Positions 17,395 to 26,954 of a stretch of 32,000 nt of DNA are shown piece after piece (position 1 is the first letter of the stretch; the number at the start of each line of letters is the position of its first letter). The position numbers and the translations under genes were made by a program. The stretch spans positions 133,222 to 165,221 of the forward strand of contig NZ_PGGB02000002.1 in NCBI RefSeq assembly GCF_002803295.2. Direction: 5' to 3'. This DNA comes from Caedibacter taeniospiralis. Its GTDB lineage: Bacteria; Pseudomonadota; Gammaproteobacteria; Francisellales; Francisellaceae. Below the pieces are notes generated by a model that saw only the letters and a program-made list of their open reading frames with translations, was not told the origin of the DNA and searched no databases.

Positions 17395-19614
17395 ATGAAT
17401 TCTTCTTTGACAACTGAGCAAGATTCCCTCCTCATATTTTTTGCAAACTGTGCCAAAGGCATCGAGCTTTTACTGAAAGAAGAGCTTTTAATGCTCGGTG
17501 TTACAGAGGCTCACGAGAAGCTTTCTGGTGTTGAATTTGTGGCAAGCCTGGGTGTTGCCTACAAAGTGTGCTTATGGTCGAGACTGGCGAACCAGGTACA
17601 TCGAAAATTACACAGTGCCAAATTTGAAAGTTCTGAGGACTTTTATAATGAGCTCTATGCTTTGCCATGGAGCAGCTATTTTGCTGTGGAAAAATCCATA
17701 AAAATAGAAGTTTCAGGCAAACATAGCGCCTTTAATAATACTCAGTTTGCGGCTCAAAAAGCCAAGGATGCCATTGTTGACTATTTCCGCGATCAAATGG
17801 AGGTTAGACCTGATGTGAGTCTTGATAACCCAGATATTGTGATTGCGATTCACTTTCAAAAAGGGATGATGATGAGTTATTTATCCCTTACCGGCGAGAG
17901 CTTGCATAAAAGAGGTTATCGCTTGGGACAAGGAGAAGCGCCCTTAAAAGAAACACTGGCTTCGGCGTTACTCATTAAAAGTGGCTGGCTTGATATGCTG
18001 CAAACTGATGAGCCTGTGTTGCTTGATCCTATGTGTGGCTCTGGGACTATTTTAATTGAAGCTGCGATGATGGCATATCAGATTGCGCCAAACTTGCGAC
18101 GTGAAACCTTCTGTTTTACGCACTGGCATGATTTTAATGCAAGCTTGTGGCAACAGCTGAAAACAGATACACACGCGCAGCAGATGGAAGGTTCGCAAAG
18201 ACAGAAGATTAAACTGGTTGGTTATGATTACGATGAAGAAATATTGCATAAGGCCAGGCAAAATATTCAGGCGGCTGGATTAAGTGATTATATTGAATTG
18301 GCATGCCAGGATATCAGAGATTTAACGAATAAGCCTGGTGTTAAAACGGGTTTGATACTTACTAATCCACCTTATGGCGAGCGCTTATACCACGCACAAC
18401 CCGAAAAGTTAAACCATTTATTTAGATGTTTTGGCAAGGCTTTAATCGAAGCATTTACAGGTTGGCGTGTTGCGATTTTTAGTGCCGCAAGCGAATCTGT
18501 AAAAGCTCTGGGATTAAGATCAAACAAGCAAAATAAATTTTTCAACGGCGCGCTGGAAACGGTGCTATACCAGTTTGAAGTAAGTGATGAATGGGTAATG
18601 AAACGTGAATCACCTACACAAAAACTAAAGCGTCAGGCAGCTAATGCTATTTTACAGGATGACGCTCATGAGGCATTTAAGAATCGCCTGACGAAGAATT
18701 ATCAACAATTACAGAAATGGGCGAAACAGCAGGATTTGGAGTGCTACCGCGTTTATGATGCTGATTTGCCAGAATATGCTGTAGCGATTGATTTGTATAA
18801 TACCCATGTGCACATACAGGAATATCAGATGGGTAAAGGTGTTGATGAGAAGCTGGCACAAAAGCGCTTGTTACAAGCCATTTATCATGTTGCAGAAGTA
18901 CTTAAGGTAAAGTATGACCATATTCATCTGAAGATAAGACAACGTCAAAGGGGGGTAAACCAATATGAAAAGCGGGCGACGACGAATACATTTCATGTAG
19001 TCAAAGAATATGGCGCCTTGTTCTATGTAAATTTTGATGATTATCTAGATACAGGTTTATTTTTAGATCACCGCAAAATGCGTCAGATTATTGCGAAGTC
19101 ATCACAGTATAAAACTTTGCTGAATCTGTTTGCTTATACCTGCAGCGCGAGCGTTGAAGCCGCATTGCAGGGTGCTAAAACGATCAGCGTTGATATGTCA
19201 AAAACGTATTTAGAGTGGGGAAAACGTAACTTTACCCTTAATAAGCTTGATCTGAATCAACATATATTTATTCAGGCAGATTGTTTGTCATGGTTAAAAG
19301 AAGCGGTGAAATCTGCTAAAACATTTGATGTGATCTTTTTAGATCCCCCAACCTTCTCCAATTCAAAGCGTATGCAGATGGTATTAGATATTCAGCAGGA
19401 TCACGTTGAGCTGATCGATTTGGCGATGCGGCTTTTAGCAAAAAATGGCATCCTTTATTTTTCCAATAACTATAGAAGGTTTAAGCTGGATGCTGACTTA
19501 TTGACAAGGTATAACTGTCAAAGTATCGATGATCAATGTTTGTCACGTGATTTCTTAAGGCGCCCCAATATTCACCATTGCTGGAGAATAGTAAAAATGG
19601 AAACCGTTTCATAG
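17395..19614 (+). CDS. rlmL: Bifunctional 23S rRNA methyltransferase RlmKL (m2G2445 / m7G2069)
   Basis: 739 aa. THUMP-type N-terminus, DPMCGSGTILIEAA SAM motif, NPPYGERL catalytic motif, and a second C-terminal methyltransferase domain (FLDPPTFSNSK). Confidence 0.94.
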   Translation: MNSSLTTEQDSLLIFFANCAKGIELLLKEELLMLGVTEAHEKLSGVEFVASLGVAYKVCLWSRLANQVHRKLHSAKFESSEDFYNELYALPWSSYFAVEKSIKIEVSGKHSAFNNTQFAAQKAKDAIVDYFRDQMEVRPDVSLDNPDIVIAIHFQKGMMMSYLSLTGESLHKRGYRLGQGEAPLKETLASALLIKSGWLDMLQTDEPVLLDPMCGSGTILIEAAMMAYQIAPNLRRETFCFTHWHDFNASLWQQLKTDTHAQQMEGSQRQKIKLVGYDYDEEILHKARQNIQAAGLSDYIELACQDIRDLTNKPGVKTGLILTNPPYGERLYHAQPEKLNHLFRCFGKALIEAFTGWRVAIFSAASESVKALGLRSNKQNKFFNGALETVLYQFEVSDEWVMKRESPTQKLKRQAANAILQDDAHEAFKNRLTKNYQQLQKWAKQQDLECYRVYDADLPEYAVAIDLYNTHVHIQEYQMGKGVDEKLAQKRLLQAIYHVAEVLKVKYDHIHLKIRQRQRGVNQYEKRATTNTFHVVKEYGALFYVNFDDYLDTGLFLDHRKMRQIIAKSSQYKTLLNLFAYTCSASVEAALQGAKTISVDMSKTYLEWGKRNFTLNKLDLNQHIFIQADCLSWLKEAVKSAKTFDVIFLDPPTFSNSKRMQMVLDIQQDHVELIDLAMRLLAKNGILYFSNNYRRFKLDADLLTRYNCQSIDDQCLSRDFLRRPNIHHCWRIVKMETVS

Positions 19615-19688
19615 CATAAGATACAGCACTGCCCATTTTGTGGGCATATGAAACGCTAAGGGAGCTCCACCCTAATCGCATACTCCAG

Positions 19689-20582
19689 TTAGATTGTGAT
19701 ATAAACGTAAACCACATTGTCTTTAAAATGGTCTTTATAGTGCTTTAACAGCACTGCTTTTAAACTGCGAAGCTCTTGTGTTGGTAAAGCAGCTGGAAGT
19801 TTTAAGCGTAGGTCAGCGAATAGAAATCTTCCTGACTGTGTGATTTTTATATCCTGTAACGTTAGCTGATGGTTACTGCAAATGATATTAGCCGCATCAG
19901 TAAGTTTGTTTTTTAAATCGGGTTCAACCGAAGCGTCTAACAAGTTTAGTCCAGCTTCTTTTATGAGTTTTAAGGGTTTGATCGTAATGGCAATACCCAT
20001 GACAATGGCAATAATTGGATCGATATAGCTGGCCATATTGTGTAGATTAAAGAAAATAAGCACTAATGCAGTAGCAAGTGAAATATCGACCGAGGCGCTT
20101 AAGAGAGCATCTGCTTTCCAAAGCTCAGCATCCGCATGCAGAATTTTTGAACCTGTTTTTTTGGCAGCTCCTCTGACATATAGATACATAATGCCGCAGA
20201 CGAGTGTGCCACTAAAAGAGGCGATAATTGCGAAAATATAATTAGGCGTTATCGCGTGTGTGACAAGGTTGATAATAGCCATGATGATAACGCTTGCCGC
20301 GACGAGTAAAATAAAGCCAGCTTGTAATAAGACAAAAACGGGCTCTAAACGGTAGTAACCATAAGGGTAGCGTTTATTAGCTGGCTGGTTAATTTTCTTA
20401 ATGACGTACAGTGAAGCCGCATAAATCAGCAAAGTAATGACGGAATAGCCAACATCGAGTAAAACCGTTAAAGATTGCGCAAAATAAACGATGACCAGGC
20501 TAAATAGCACATAAACAATCGATAAAATAAAGTTGACCTGTAAGGTTTGGGTTTCAATTTTTTGTTTGTTTTCGGTAAACAT
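19689..20582 (-). CDS. Cation diffusion facilitator (CDF) family transporter
   Basis: Six predicted TM helices plus a C-terminal cytoplasmic domain. CDF-like signature region SLTVLLDVGYSV and TM5 LHADAELWKADALLS. By-eye family assignment. Confidence 0.8.
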   Translation of the reverse strand: MFTENKQKIETQTLQVNFILSIVYVLFSLVIVYFAQSLTVLLDVGYSVITLLIYAASLYVIKKINQPANKRYPYGYYRLEPVFVLLQAGFILLVAASVIIMAIINLVTHAITPNYIFAIIASFSGTLVCGIMYLYVRGAAKKTGSKILHADAELWKADALLSASVDISLATALVLIFFNLHNMASYIDPIIAIVMGIAITIKPLKLIKEAGLNLLDASVEPDLKNKLTDAANIICSNHQLTLQDIKITQSGRFLFADLRLKLPAALPTQELRSLKAVLLKHYKDHFKDNVVYVYITI

Positions 20583-20875
20583 ACTTATATCCTAAGGGTG
20601 TTGTGTTAAAGCAATGTTGCTTTTGAAGTATCAGTGGTTGTAAAAATCGAGTAATGCTGGAACGCTAAGGATTTTTTAACAAATAGATGATGACTGAAAA
20701 CAGGAAACTATTATTAGCTTTGCAGCTTTGCATGAGTCGTGTAACTAAAATCACTCTAAGTAGCGCCATCCTAACAGATTTTCGCCAGGTTTGTAAGTGT
20801 TAAAAACGATGATAACGAATGGAAAATGGGGTATAGTGGCCTGCCTGTCTTGGTTTTGGTCCATTTCATTGAACC

Positions 20876-21379
20876 TTACTCAAAAACCTCTTTGATTGTA
20901 TCCATTGTCATAAACAGTTGATTATCTCTCAGCTCTAGAAAACCATATCGTTTGTAGAAATTCATTGCCTCTTTGTTTTTTGCGTCAACAACCACCGCAA
21001 TTGAACCTATTACAGAACTATTAACATAAGTACGAGTTAAAGCATTTACTAACAGCAGTTGACCATAACCTTTGCCTTTAGTCTCACTCTTAACAGCTAA
21101 GCGACCTAATAAGGTTGCAGGTAGATAGGGATATTTAGGCAACTTTTTTGCTATCACACCGTCAATACCAGATAGTTGATCCAAATGAATAATGGTTGAG
21201 GATAATGTATAATAACCAAGCAAAGACGAATCCTCTAACAGTACATATGTAGCACAAACATGACGCTTCATGTCCTGTTTGGCTTGCTTGAGTATGTAGT
21301 TGTTTAACGCTTCTTCCCCACAATCAAATTTAATGCCAGACATTTTTTGCTTTGTCAGCAACTCTATTGTTATTGCCAT
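20876..21379 (-). CDS. GNAT-family acetyltransferase toxin (TacT/AtaT/KacT-like)
   Basis: 167 aa. N-terminal F.CG...LN.YL..A motif (FDCGEEALNNYILKQAKQD), acetyl-CoA loop KGKGYGQLLL, C-terminal FYKRYGF. Lies 8 nt downstream of a DUF1778 gene. Confidence 0.88.
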   Translation of the reverse strand: MAITIELLTKQKMSGIKFDCGEEALNNYILKQAKQDMKRHVCATYVLLEDSSLLGYYTLSSTIIHLDQLSGIDGVIAKKLPKYPYLPATLLGRLAVKSETKGKGYGQLLLVNALTRTYVNSSVIGSIAVVVDAKNKEAMNFYKRYGFLELRDNQLFMTMDTIKEVFE

Positions 21380-21387
21380 TAATCAAC

Positions 21388-21657
21388 CTACTGTGACAAA
21401 ATATTTTTATGAGCTTGGTAAGCGCTTTTCAGCAGATCATTTGCCTTAGGAGGATTTTTTAATGCTTCAAAAAAATTCTCTTGCTGAGCTACAGTTAGTT
21501 TGATCAGGTTCTGCTCCGTTGTGACTTTCCTGGCAAAGCTCGTCATCGCTCTCATGCCAAATTCAGTGAGTGACACGCCCATTAGTTGAGCCGCTCTTTC
21601 AAAAATAGCCTTGCTATCTGCTGTAACCTTAAACTCTATTCGTGCTGTTTTACTCAT
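21388..21657 (-). CDS. DUF1778 (RHH) antitoxin, TacA/AtaR/KacA-like
   Basis: 89 aa. MSKTARIEFKVTADSKAIFERAAQLMGVSLTEF is typical of the DUF1778 N-terminal ribbon-helix-helix. Paired with the GNAT toxin. Confidence 0.88.
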   Translation of the reverse strand: MSKTARIEFKVTADSKAIFERAAQLMGVSLTEFGMRAMTSFARKVTTEQNLIKLTVAQQENFFEALKNPPKANDLLKSAYQAHKNILSQ

Positions 21658-21669
21658 TGTGTCACCATG

Positions 21670-21716
21670 TCCGTAATGTGTACGGATATTTTAGTTTTCA
21701 ATAACTGATAAGTCAA
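21670..21716 (-). promoter_or_regulatory. TA-module promoter TTGACT-17 bp-TAAAAT with palindromic operator candidate tccgta-N5-tacgga (21670-21686)
   Basis: On the minus strand: -35 at 21716-21711 and -10 at 21693-21688. The palindrome lies between the -10 and the ATG at 21657. Confidence 0.5.
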
Positions 21717-21804
21717 TCTCGTGCTAGAGTTCTCTGGAGGGTAAATAAACTATGCCTTAAAATGAGAAAAATCATCGCGTACAGAGAGCATTCTAAAACA
21801 TCCA

Positions 21805-21906
21805 TCGACAGCACCTGTACTTTACGCTAGAATGCCGTGTCTTGAAATTGCAGATGAATAAGTTTGGCATTTTATAATTGACCGAATCTTGTTTTTGGCT
21901 TAGAAT
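21805..21906 (+). promoter_or_regulatory. Two tandem candidate rpmH promoters: TCGACA-17-TAGAAT (21805-21833) and TTGACC-17-TAGAAT (21878-21906)
   Basis: Hexamers and 17-bp spacers read directly. Both lie upstream of the rpmH ATG at 21974. Confidence 0.45.
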
Positions 21907-21973
21907 CCGCGCTTTGCATGAACTTTGACAGATTTGCAGCAACCTTTATAAATATAAACTCGAGGATAGTACG

Positions 21974-22108
21974 ATGAAAAGAACGTTTCAACCAAGTAAC
22001 TTAAAAAGAAAAAGAACACACGGCTTTCGTGCCCGTATGAAGACATTAAGCGGACAAAAGGTGATTCGTAACAGACGTGCTAAGGGCAGACATAAGCTTG
22101 CCGCTTAA
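21974..22108 (+). CDS. rpmH: 50S ribosomal protein L34 (44 aa; below ORF-track cutoff)
   Basis: My translation is [44 protein letters not shown]. Confidence 0.96.
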   Translation: MKRTFQPSNLKRKRTHGFRARMKTLSGQKVIRNRRAKGRHKLAA

Positions 22109-22439
22109 TTCATTAACAAAAGATCATATTCTAGAGGCCAAGGGTTTTTCCCTTGGCTTTTCGCGTATCTGCCACAAAGTTCATACTAAACACTTTTCCT
22201 ATCTGATTGCCAAAGGCTCTGATCTTAAAGCAAGTATTGGTGTAATTGTTGGCAAAAAAAAAGTAAAAAAAGCAGTGCAGCGCAATCTATGTCGCCGCTT
22301 GAACAAAGAAATGTTTCGTCAGCATAAGGATAAATTCGCGCAGACGATGTTGATTGTTATCGCTAACCATAACGCATCCAAGGCGACAAAGGAGGAATTA
22401 TGGCAGTCTATCAACGGATTTCTAAAGCAGTACGTCTAG
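22077..22439 (+). CDS. rnpA: RNase P protein component (start uncertain: GTG 22077 or TTG 22098)
   Basis: Position after rpmH. Basic RNR-like motif [22 protein letters not shown]. ~115-120 aa. Confidence 0.85.
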   Translation: MLRADISLPLNSLTKDHILEAKGFSLGFSRICHKVHTKHFSYLIAKGSDLKASIGVIVGKKKVKKAVQRNLCRRLNKEMFRQHKDKFAQTMLIVIANHNASKATKEELWQSINGFLKQYV

Positions 22440-22666
22440 CGTTTGCAATTCCTTTTATCTTTCTCATTCGATTTTATCAAATTGCGATCAGTCCGTTTTT
22501 AGGTACGCGCTGCCGCTTTTATCCAAGCTGCTCACAATATGCGCTTGAGTCAATTAAATTGCATGGTTTACTGATTGGGCTTTGGCTAATAACAAAAAGG
22601 CTGTTAAAATGCCACCCAGCTTGCCAAGGCGGCTATGATCCAGTTCCAAAGAAAGAAAAGGTTTAA
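22400..22666 (+). CDS. yidD: Membrane protein insertion efficiency factor YidD
   Basis: [32 protein letters not shown]...[13 protein letters not shown] is canonical YidD. Confidence 0.92.
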   Translation: MAVYQRISKAVRLAFAIPFIFLIRFYQIAISPFLGTRCRFYPSCSQYALESIKLHGLLIGLWLITKRLLKCHPACQGGYDPVPKKEKV

Positions 22667-22670
22667 GTAG

Positions 22671-24347
22671 ATGAAGTCAAACTATATAAGAATATTCTTG
22701 ATTGCACTGATTGTCGTGATTTTTATGTCACTGACGGCACGCTGGGAGGAAATGTTTGTCCCAAAGCCAGCTAAAACAGAAAGTGGTGCGCAAAGTACGC
22801 AATTGGTTCAGCAGGAAAATAATGCACAAAATAAAGCCGTAGATACGGTAATAACCGATGTTACAAAACAAGATTTCTCAAATGCTGATGCTAAACCTAT
22901 TTCGTTAAACACCAGTGTTTTTGCGAACCTGGAAATCAGTCTGTTAAATGGTGCGATTATTAATGCTGAGCTTAAAGACTATGACGTGAGTCTTACGGAT
23001 AAACAGCCTATGCCGATGCTTAATAACAACGCAGGAACCAGGTATATTGCGCAAAGTGTCATCTATATCAATGATCAGCCGCAAAGTATTCTGTTTACTG
23101 AGCAGAGCGTGGTGAAAAAGGATAGTGAAACAGCGGTAACCTTAGCTGCAAAAGTACAAGGGTTGGAGGTTATACGCCAATATCATATTAACGATTTGAC
23201 TTATGCGATTACCGTTAAGCAAAGCGTGAAAAATACAACCAACACCCCAATAAGTGTGAGTTTTGATAATGAAATTACTCGGCAAGTGCCTCCTGAAACG
23301 CATAGCTTTAGTATTTTGGATGCGCATTCCTACTCTTTTCAAGGAGTTGGACTTTCGTCAAACCAGCGCACTTTCCAAAAAGAGTCATTTGCTGATTTAG
23401 CCAAATCAACTGCAGCGGTTAATGTGTCCACCAGTAAAGGCTGGGCTGCAATGATTCAACATTATTTTGTCAGTCTTTGGGTTCCCAGTAATCCAGGGAC
23501 AAGCTTCAGTGTCTACGCTAATAAGCTTGCGGAACACACCTATCAATCAGGCGTTAAAACACAAGCGGTGGTGTTAAGTGAGAATCAAAGTGTTGAAAAT
23601 GTAAATATTCTTTATACGGGTCCCACGATTACCAAAAACCTGGAGGCTATGGTCAAAGATTTTGGTGCCAATAAACCAGAAGGCTTAGATAAGCTGGTTG
23701 ATTATGGCATGCTGTCGTTTATCTCGGTGATTATTTTTTGGTTGATGACCCTGATTCACAGCGTGGTTGCCAACTGGGGGCTTGCGATTATTCTGGTTAC
23801 CGTGCTCATTAAAGTGTTATTTTATCCGTTATCGGCGAAAAGCTATAAGTCTATGGCTAAAATGCGCATGCTACAGCCGCGCATGAAAAAGCTGCAAGAG
23901 CTTTACAAAGGTGATCGCCAGAAACTTGGGCGTAAGATGATGGAGATGTACAAGGAAGAAAAGGTAAACCCAGCAAGTGGCTGTTTGCCCATCTTAGTAC
24001 AGATCCCCGTATTTATCGCGCTTTACTGGGTATTGCTGGAAAGTGTGCAATTGCGCCAGGCACCGTTTGTTTTCTGGATTAATGACTTAGCATCAAAAGA
24101 TCCGTATTTTATTCTGCCGATACTCATGGGTATTTCCATGTTCGTACAACAAAAACTCAGTCCAACGTCAGCAGACCCAACACAGGCCAAGATCATGATG
24201 TTGATGCCAGTGATATTCACCGTTTTCTTTGCGTCATTCCCATCTGGTCTGGTGCTATACTGGTTGACTAACAACGTCATCAGTATTGCACAGCAGTGGT
24301 ATATCACCAGGAAATACACAGCCATTTATAAAGCAAAGCGTGCGTAA
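22671..24347 (+). CDS. yidC: Membrane protein insertase YidC
   Basis: 558 aa. N-terminal TM, large periplasmic P1 domain, and a conserved C-terminal core (YPLSAKSYKSMAKMRMLQPRMKKLQE, GCLPILVQIPVFIALYWVL). Confidence 0.97.
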   Translation: MKSNYIRIFLIALIVVIFMSLTARWEEMFVPKPAKTESGAQSTQLVQQENNAQNKAVDTVITDVTKQDFSNADAKPISLNTSVFANLEISLLNGAIINAELKDYDVSLTDKQPMPMLNNNAGTRYIAQSVIYINDQPQSILFTEQSVVKKDSETAVTLAAKVQGLEVIRQYHINDLTYAITVKQSVKNTTNTPISVSFDNEITRQVPPETHSFSILDAHSYSFQGVGLSSNQRTFQKESFADLAKSTAAVNVSTSKGWAAMIQHYFVSLWVPSNPGTSFSVYANKLAEHTYQSGVKTQAVVLSENQSVENVNILYTGPTITKNLEAMVKDFGANKPEGLDKLVDYGMLSFISVIIFWLMTLIHSVVANWGLAIILVTVLIKVLFYPLSAKSYKSMAKMRMLQPRMKKLQELYKGDRQKLGRKMMEMYKEEKVNPASGCLPILVQIPVFIALYWVLLESVQLRQAPFVFWINDLASKDPYFILPILMGISMFVQQKLSPTSADPTQAKIMMLMPVIFTVFFASFPSGLVLYWLTNNVISIAQQWYITRKYTAIYKAKRA

Positions 24348-24364
24348 CTACATACGAGTGTTTT

Positions 24365-24476
24365 TCACCCTCTTCGCCAACGAAGGGTGATTTTCGGAAA
24401 GCTTGTCACTAATTCCCCTTCACCAGTGAAGGGGTGGCTGCTTGCCTGACCACTTTAAAGTGGTCAGGCGGGGTAG
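24365..24476. repeat. Cluster of hairpin/palindromic repeats in the yidC/parC convergent spacer, including a half-copy of the 4849-4962 element
   Basis: Hairpins tcaccctcttcg..cgaagggtga (24365-24390), ccccttcaccagtgaagggg (24415-24434) and the perfect 24-bp palindrome cctgaccactttaaagtggtcagg (24445-24468), then cggggtag (24469-24476). aattccccttcac..gtgaaggggtgg and cggggtagt match 4916-4963. Confidence 0.7.
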
Positions 24477-24527
24477 TTTTTAAAGCCCCACTTTACTTGT
24501 GAAGGTGGCAGCGTCAAGCTTATCGCA

Positions 24528-26765
24528 TTATCCACAGGAAAGATCATCCACATTTTGGAATCCACGTGGCAGGATCTTACCACGGGAACCTCGGTTACCT
24601 TGATAATCTGCAAGCTCAGTAAAACTTAAGCGCATATGACGTTTACCTGAGTAAATCGTTAAGCTCTCGTGTCCTGCAACAGCGGCAATAAACTTAAGCT
24701 TCTCACCAGTTGCCAAGTGGCTTGGCATATTAATCAAACGGTTGCCTTTGCCCTTGGCTAAGGTCGGTAACTCGTGCTTTTGGACGGCAAGTAAACGCCC
24801 CTGGTTTGAGATCGCAATAATCAAGGTATTTTCATGCTCGTGTGCATTTACTGGTGGTACCATTTTGTCATCATCCAGCGTGATCACCTGCTTACCTGAG
24901 CGATTTTTGCTAATCAAATCATCAACCTTAGCTACAAAAGCATTACCAGCTGTTGATGCCAAAACGATCCGATCTTCTGTTTTAACGAATGTAATGGCAA
25001 TAATGGTTTCATTTTGTTCGAGTTTTAAATGTCCCGTGATGGGCTCGCCTTGACCTCGGGCTGAAGGAAGATCAGTACTTAGCAAACTATACACTTTACC
25101 TAAGTTTGAGAAGAATAAGCATGGCTGATTACTCTTACCCATGCTAGATATAAAGTAGCTATCCCCCGTTTTATAGCTTAAGCCCTCAACGTTGACCTCG
25201 TGCCCTTTTGCCACGCGAACCCAGCCTTGTTTTGACAGTACAACAGTGACACTTTCAACAGGTTGTAAATCCGCTTCTTTTAACGCTTTTGCTTCAGATC
25301 TTACGACTAAAGCTGATTTTCGCTGATCACCATGCTTTTGCCCAGCGGCTTTCAATTCTTTTTTAATTAAATTTTTCAATTTTGTTGGATTTTCCAAATA
25401 ACCCAAAATCTCATCGCGCTCTTTTTCAAGCTCATGTTTTTCCTTCTTAAGGGCTATTTCTTCAAGTTTGGCCAGATTGCGCAGGCGTAAGTTTAAGATG
25501 GCTTCAGCCTGTGCATCCGTAAGCTCAAAGCGTTTTTTTAAAGCTTCCTTCGGTTCATCCTCATAGCGGATAATCGCAATCACCTCATCAATATTCAAAA
25601 AAGCGATTAAAAAACCATCCAGAATATGCAAGCGCTCTAAAATTTTATCCAGGCGAAACTCCAAACGCTTGGTGGTGACCTCCGTTCTAAACACCAGCCA
25701 CTCTGTCAATATCTCCAATAACGACTTGACCTGTGGCTTACCGTTGATGCCAATCATATTCAAATTAACTCGATAGCTTTTCTCAAGATCGGTGGTTGCA
25801 AATAAGTGGCTCATTAGCACATTGGTATCGATGCGATTAGAGCGTGGAACAAGTACGATTCTCACCGGATCATTATGATCTGACTCATCACGAATATCGC
25901 TTAGCCAGGAGATTTTCTTGCCGTTTATCTGGGCTGCAATCTGCTCAATGACTTTAGCACTTGAAACCTGATGTGGCACTCGCGTGATAACGATATTGCC
26001 TTCTTCAACGTGGAAAACGGCACGTAAACGAATGCTGCCTGTTCCTGTTTCATAGATCTTTTTACGTTCTTCAAAGGGAGTAATCACCTCAGCACCCCCA
26101 GGATAATCAGGTCCTGGAATATGTGCCATTAAACCATCCAGATCAGGATCCTTGGTGCTTAATAAATATAAACATCCATCGACCACTTCTGTTAGATTAT
26201 GGGATGGAATATCGGTGGACATCCCGACTGCAATCCCCATGCTGCCGTTTAAAAGTACATTAGGCACCTGGGCTGGTAACATTTTGGGTTCTTGCAGTGT
26301 GCCATCAAAGTTTGGCGCCCAATCAACGGTACCAAGTTTCAATTCATTCAGCAGGACTTCTGAATATTTGGATAATCTTGATTCGGTGTAGCGCATCGCG
26401 GCAAATGATTTTGGATCATCGGGTGACCCCCAGTTACCCTGTCCATCGACTAGAGTGTAGCGATAAGAGAAATCCTGCGCCATGAGCACCATTGCCTCAT
26501 AACAGGCGCTATCGCCATGGGGATGATATTTACCTAAAACATCACCCACGGTGCGCGCAGATTTTTTGTGTTTACTTAAGGCTGATAATCCGATTTCACT
26601 CATCGCATAGATAATTCTGCGCTGCACGGGCTTAAGTCCGTCACCGATATGAGGTAATGCGCGATCTAAAATGACATACATCGAATAATTTAAATAAGCC
26701 TGACGACTAAATGCGCTAATCGTCTGCTTTTCGTTATTCTCAAAAGAAAGACTTAGTTGATCCAT
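24528..26765 (-). CDS. parC: DNA topoisomerase IV subunit A
   Basis: Collinear with E. coli ParC ([43 protein letters not shown] active-site Tyr region, PSARGQGEP). Start placed at ATG 26765 (MDQLSL). The track start at 26780 is an upstream TTG. Confidence 0.95.
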   Translation of the reverse strand: MDQLSLSFENNEKQTISAFSRQAYLNYSMYVILDRALPHIGDGLKPVQRRIIYAMSEIGLSALSKHKKSARTVGDVLGKYHPHGDSACYEAMVLMAQDFSYRYTLVDGQGNWGSPDDPKSFAAMRYTESRLSKYSEVLLNELKLGTVDWAPNFDGTLQEPKMLPAQVPNVLLNGSMGIAVGMSTDIPSHNLTEVVDGCLYLLSTKDPDLDGLMAHIPGPDYPGGAEVITPFEERKKIYETGTGSIRLRAVFHVEEGNIVITRVPHQVSSAKVIEQIAAQINGKKISWLSDIRDESDHNDPVRIVLVPRSNRIDTNVLMSHLFATTDLEKSYRVNLNMIGINGKPQVKSLLEILTEWLVFRTEVTTKRLEFRLDKILERLHILDGFLIAFLNIDEVIAIIRYEDEPKEALKKRFELTDAQAEAILNLRLRNLAKLEEIALKKEKHELEKERDEILGYLENPTKLKNLIKKELKAAGQKHGDQRKSALVVRSEAKALKEADLQPVESVTVVLSKQGWVRVAKGHEVNVEGLSYKTGDSYFISSMGKSNQPCLFFSNLGKVYSLLSTDLPSARGQGEPITGHLKLEQNETIIAITFVKTEDRIVLASTAGNAFVAKVDDLISKNRSGKQVITLDDDKMVPPVNAHEHENTLIIAISNQGRLLAVQKHELPTLAKGKGNRLINMPSHLATGEKLKFIAAVAGHESLTIYSGKRHMRLSFTELADYQGNRGSRGKILPRGFQNVDDLSCG

Positions 26766-26954
26766 AAACTTAAAAATCAAGACTCATTGAACTCGCCACA
26801 TCATAACAAATGATCGCCTGATGGTCACGGGCGATTTTGGTAAGTGAAAGAGCCTGGCATTGGGGTATATGCTTTGTACATCAAATCGTTCTTGTCAATG
26901 ATTAGCATCGTGTTACCATATGCTTTCATTGACACTACAACCCCAAGATGATTC

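Noticed and set aside
24528-24536. Perfect DnaA-box 9-mer TTATCCACA
   Set aside because: It is a single isolated copy overlapping the parC stop codon and C-terminal codons, with no cluster or AT-rich unwinding element nearby. It is most likely chance.
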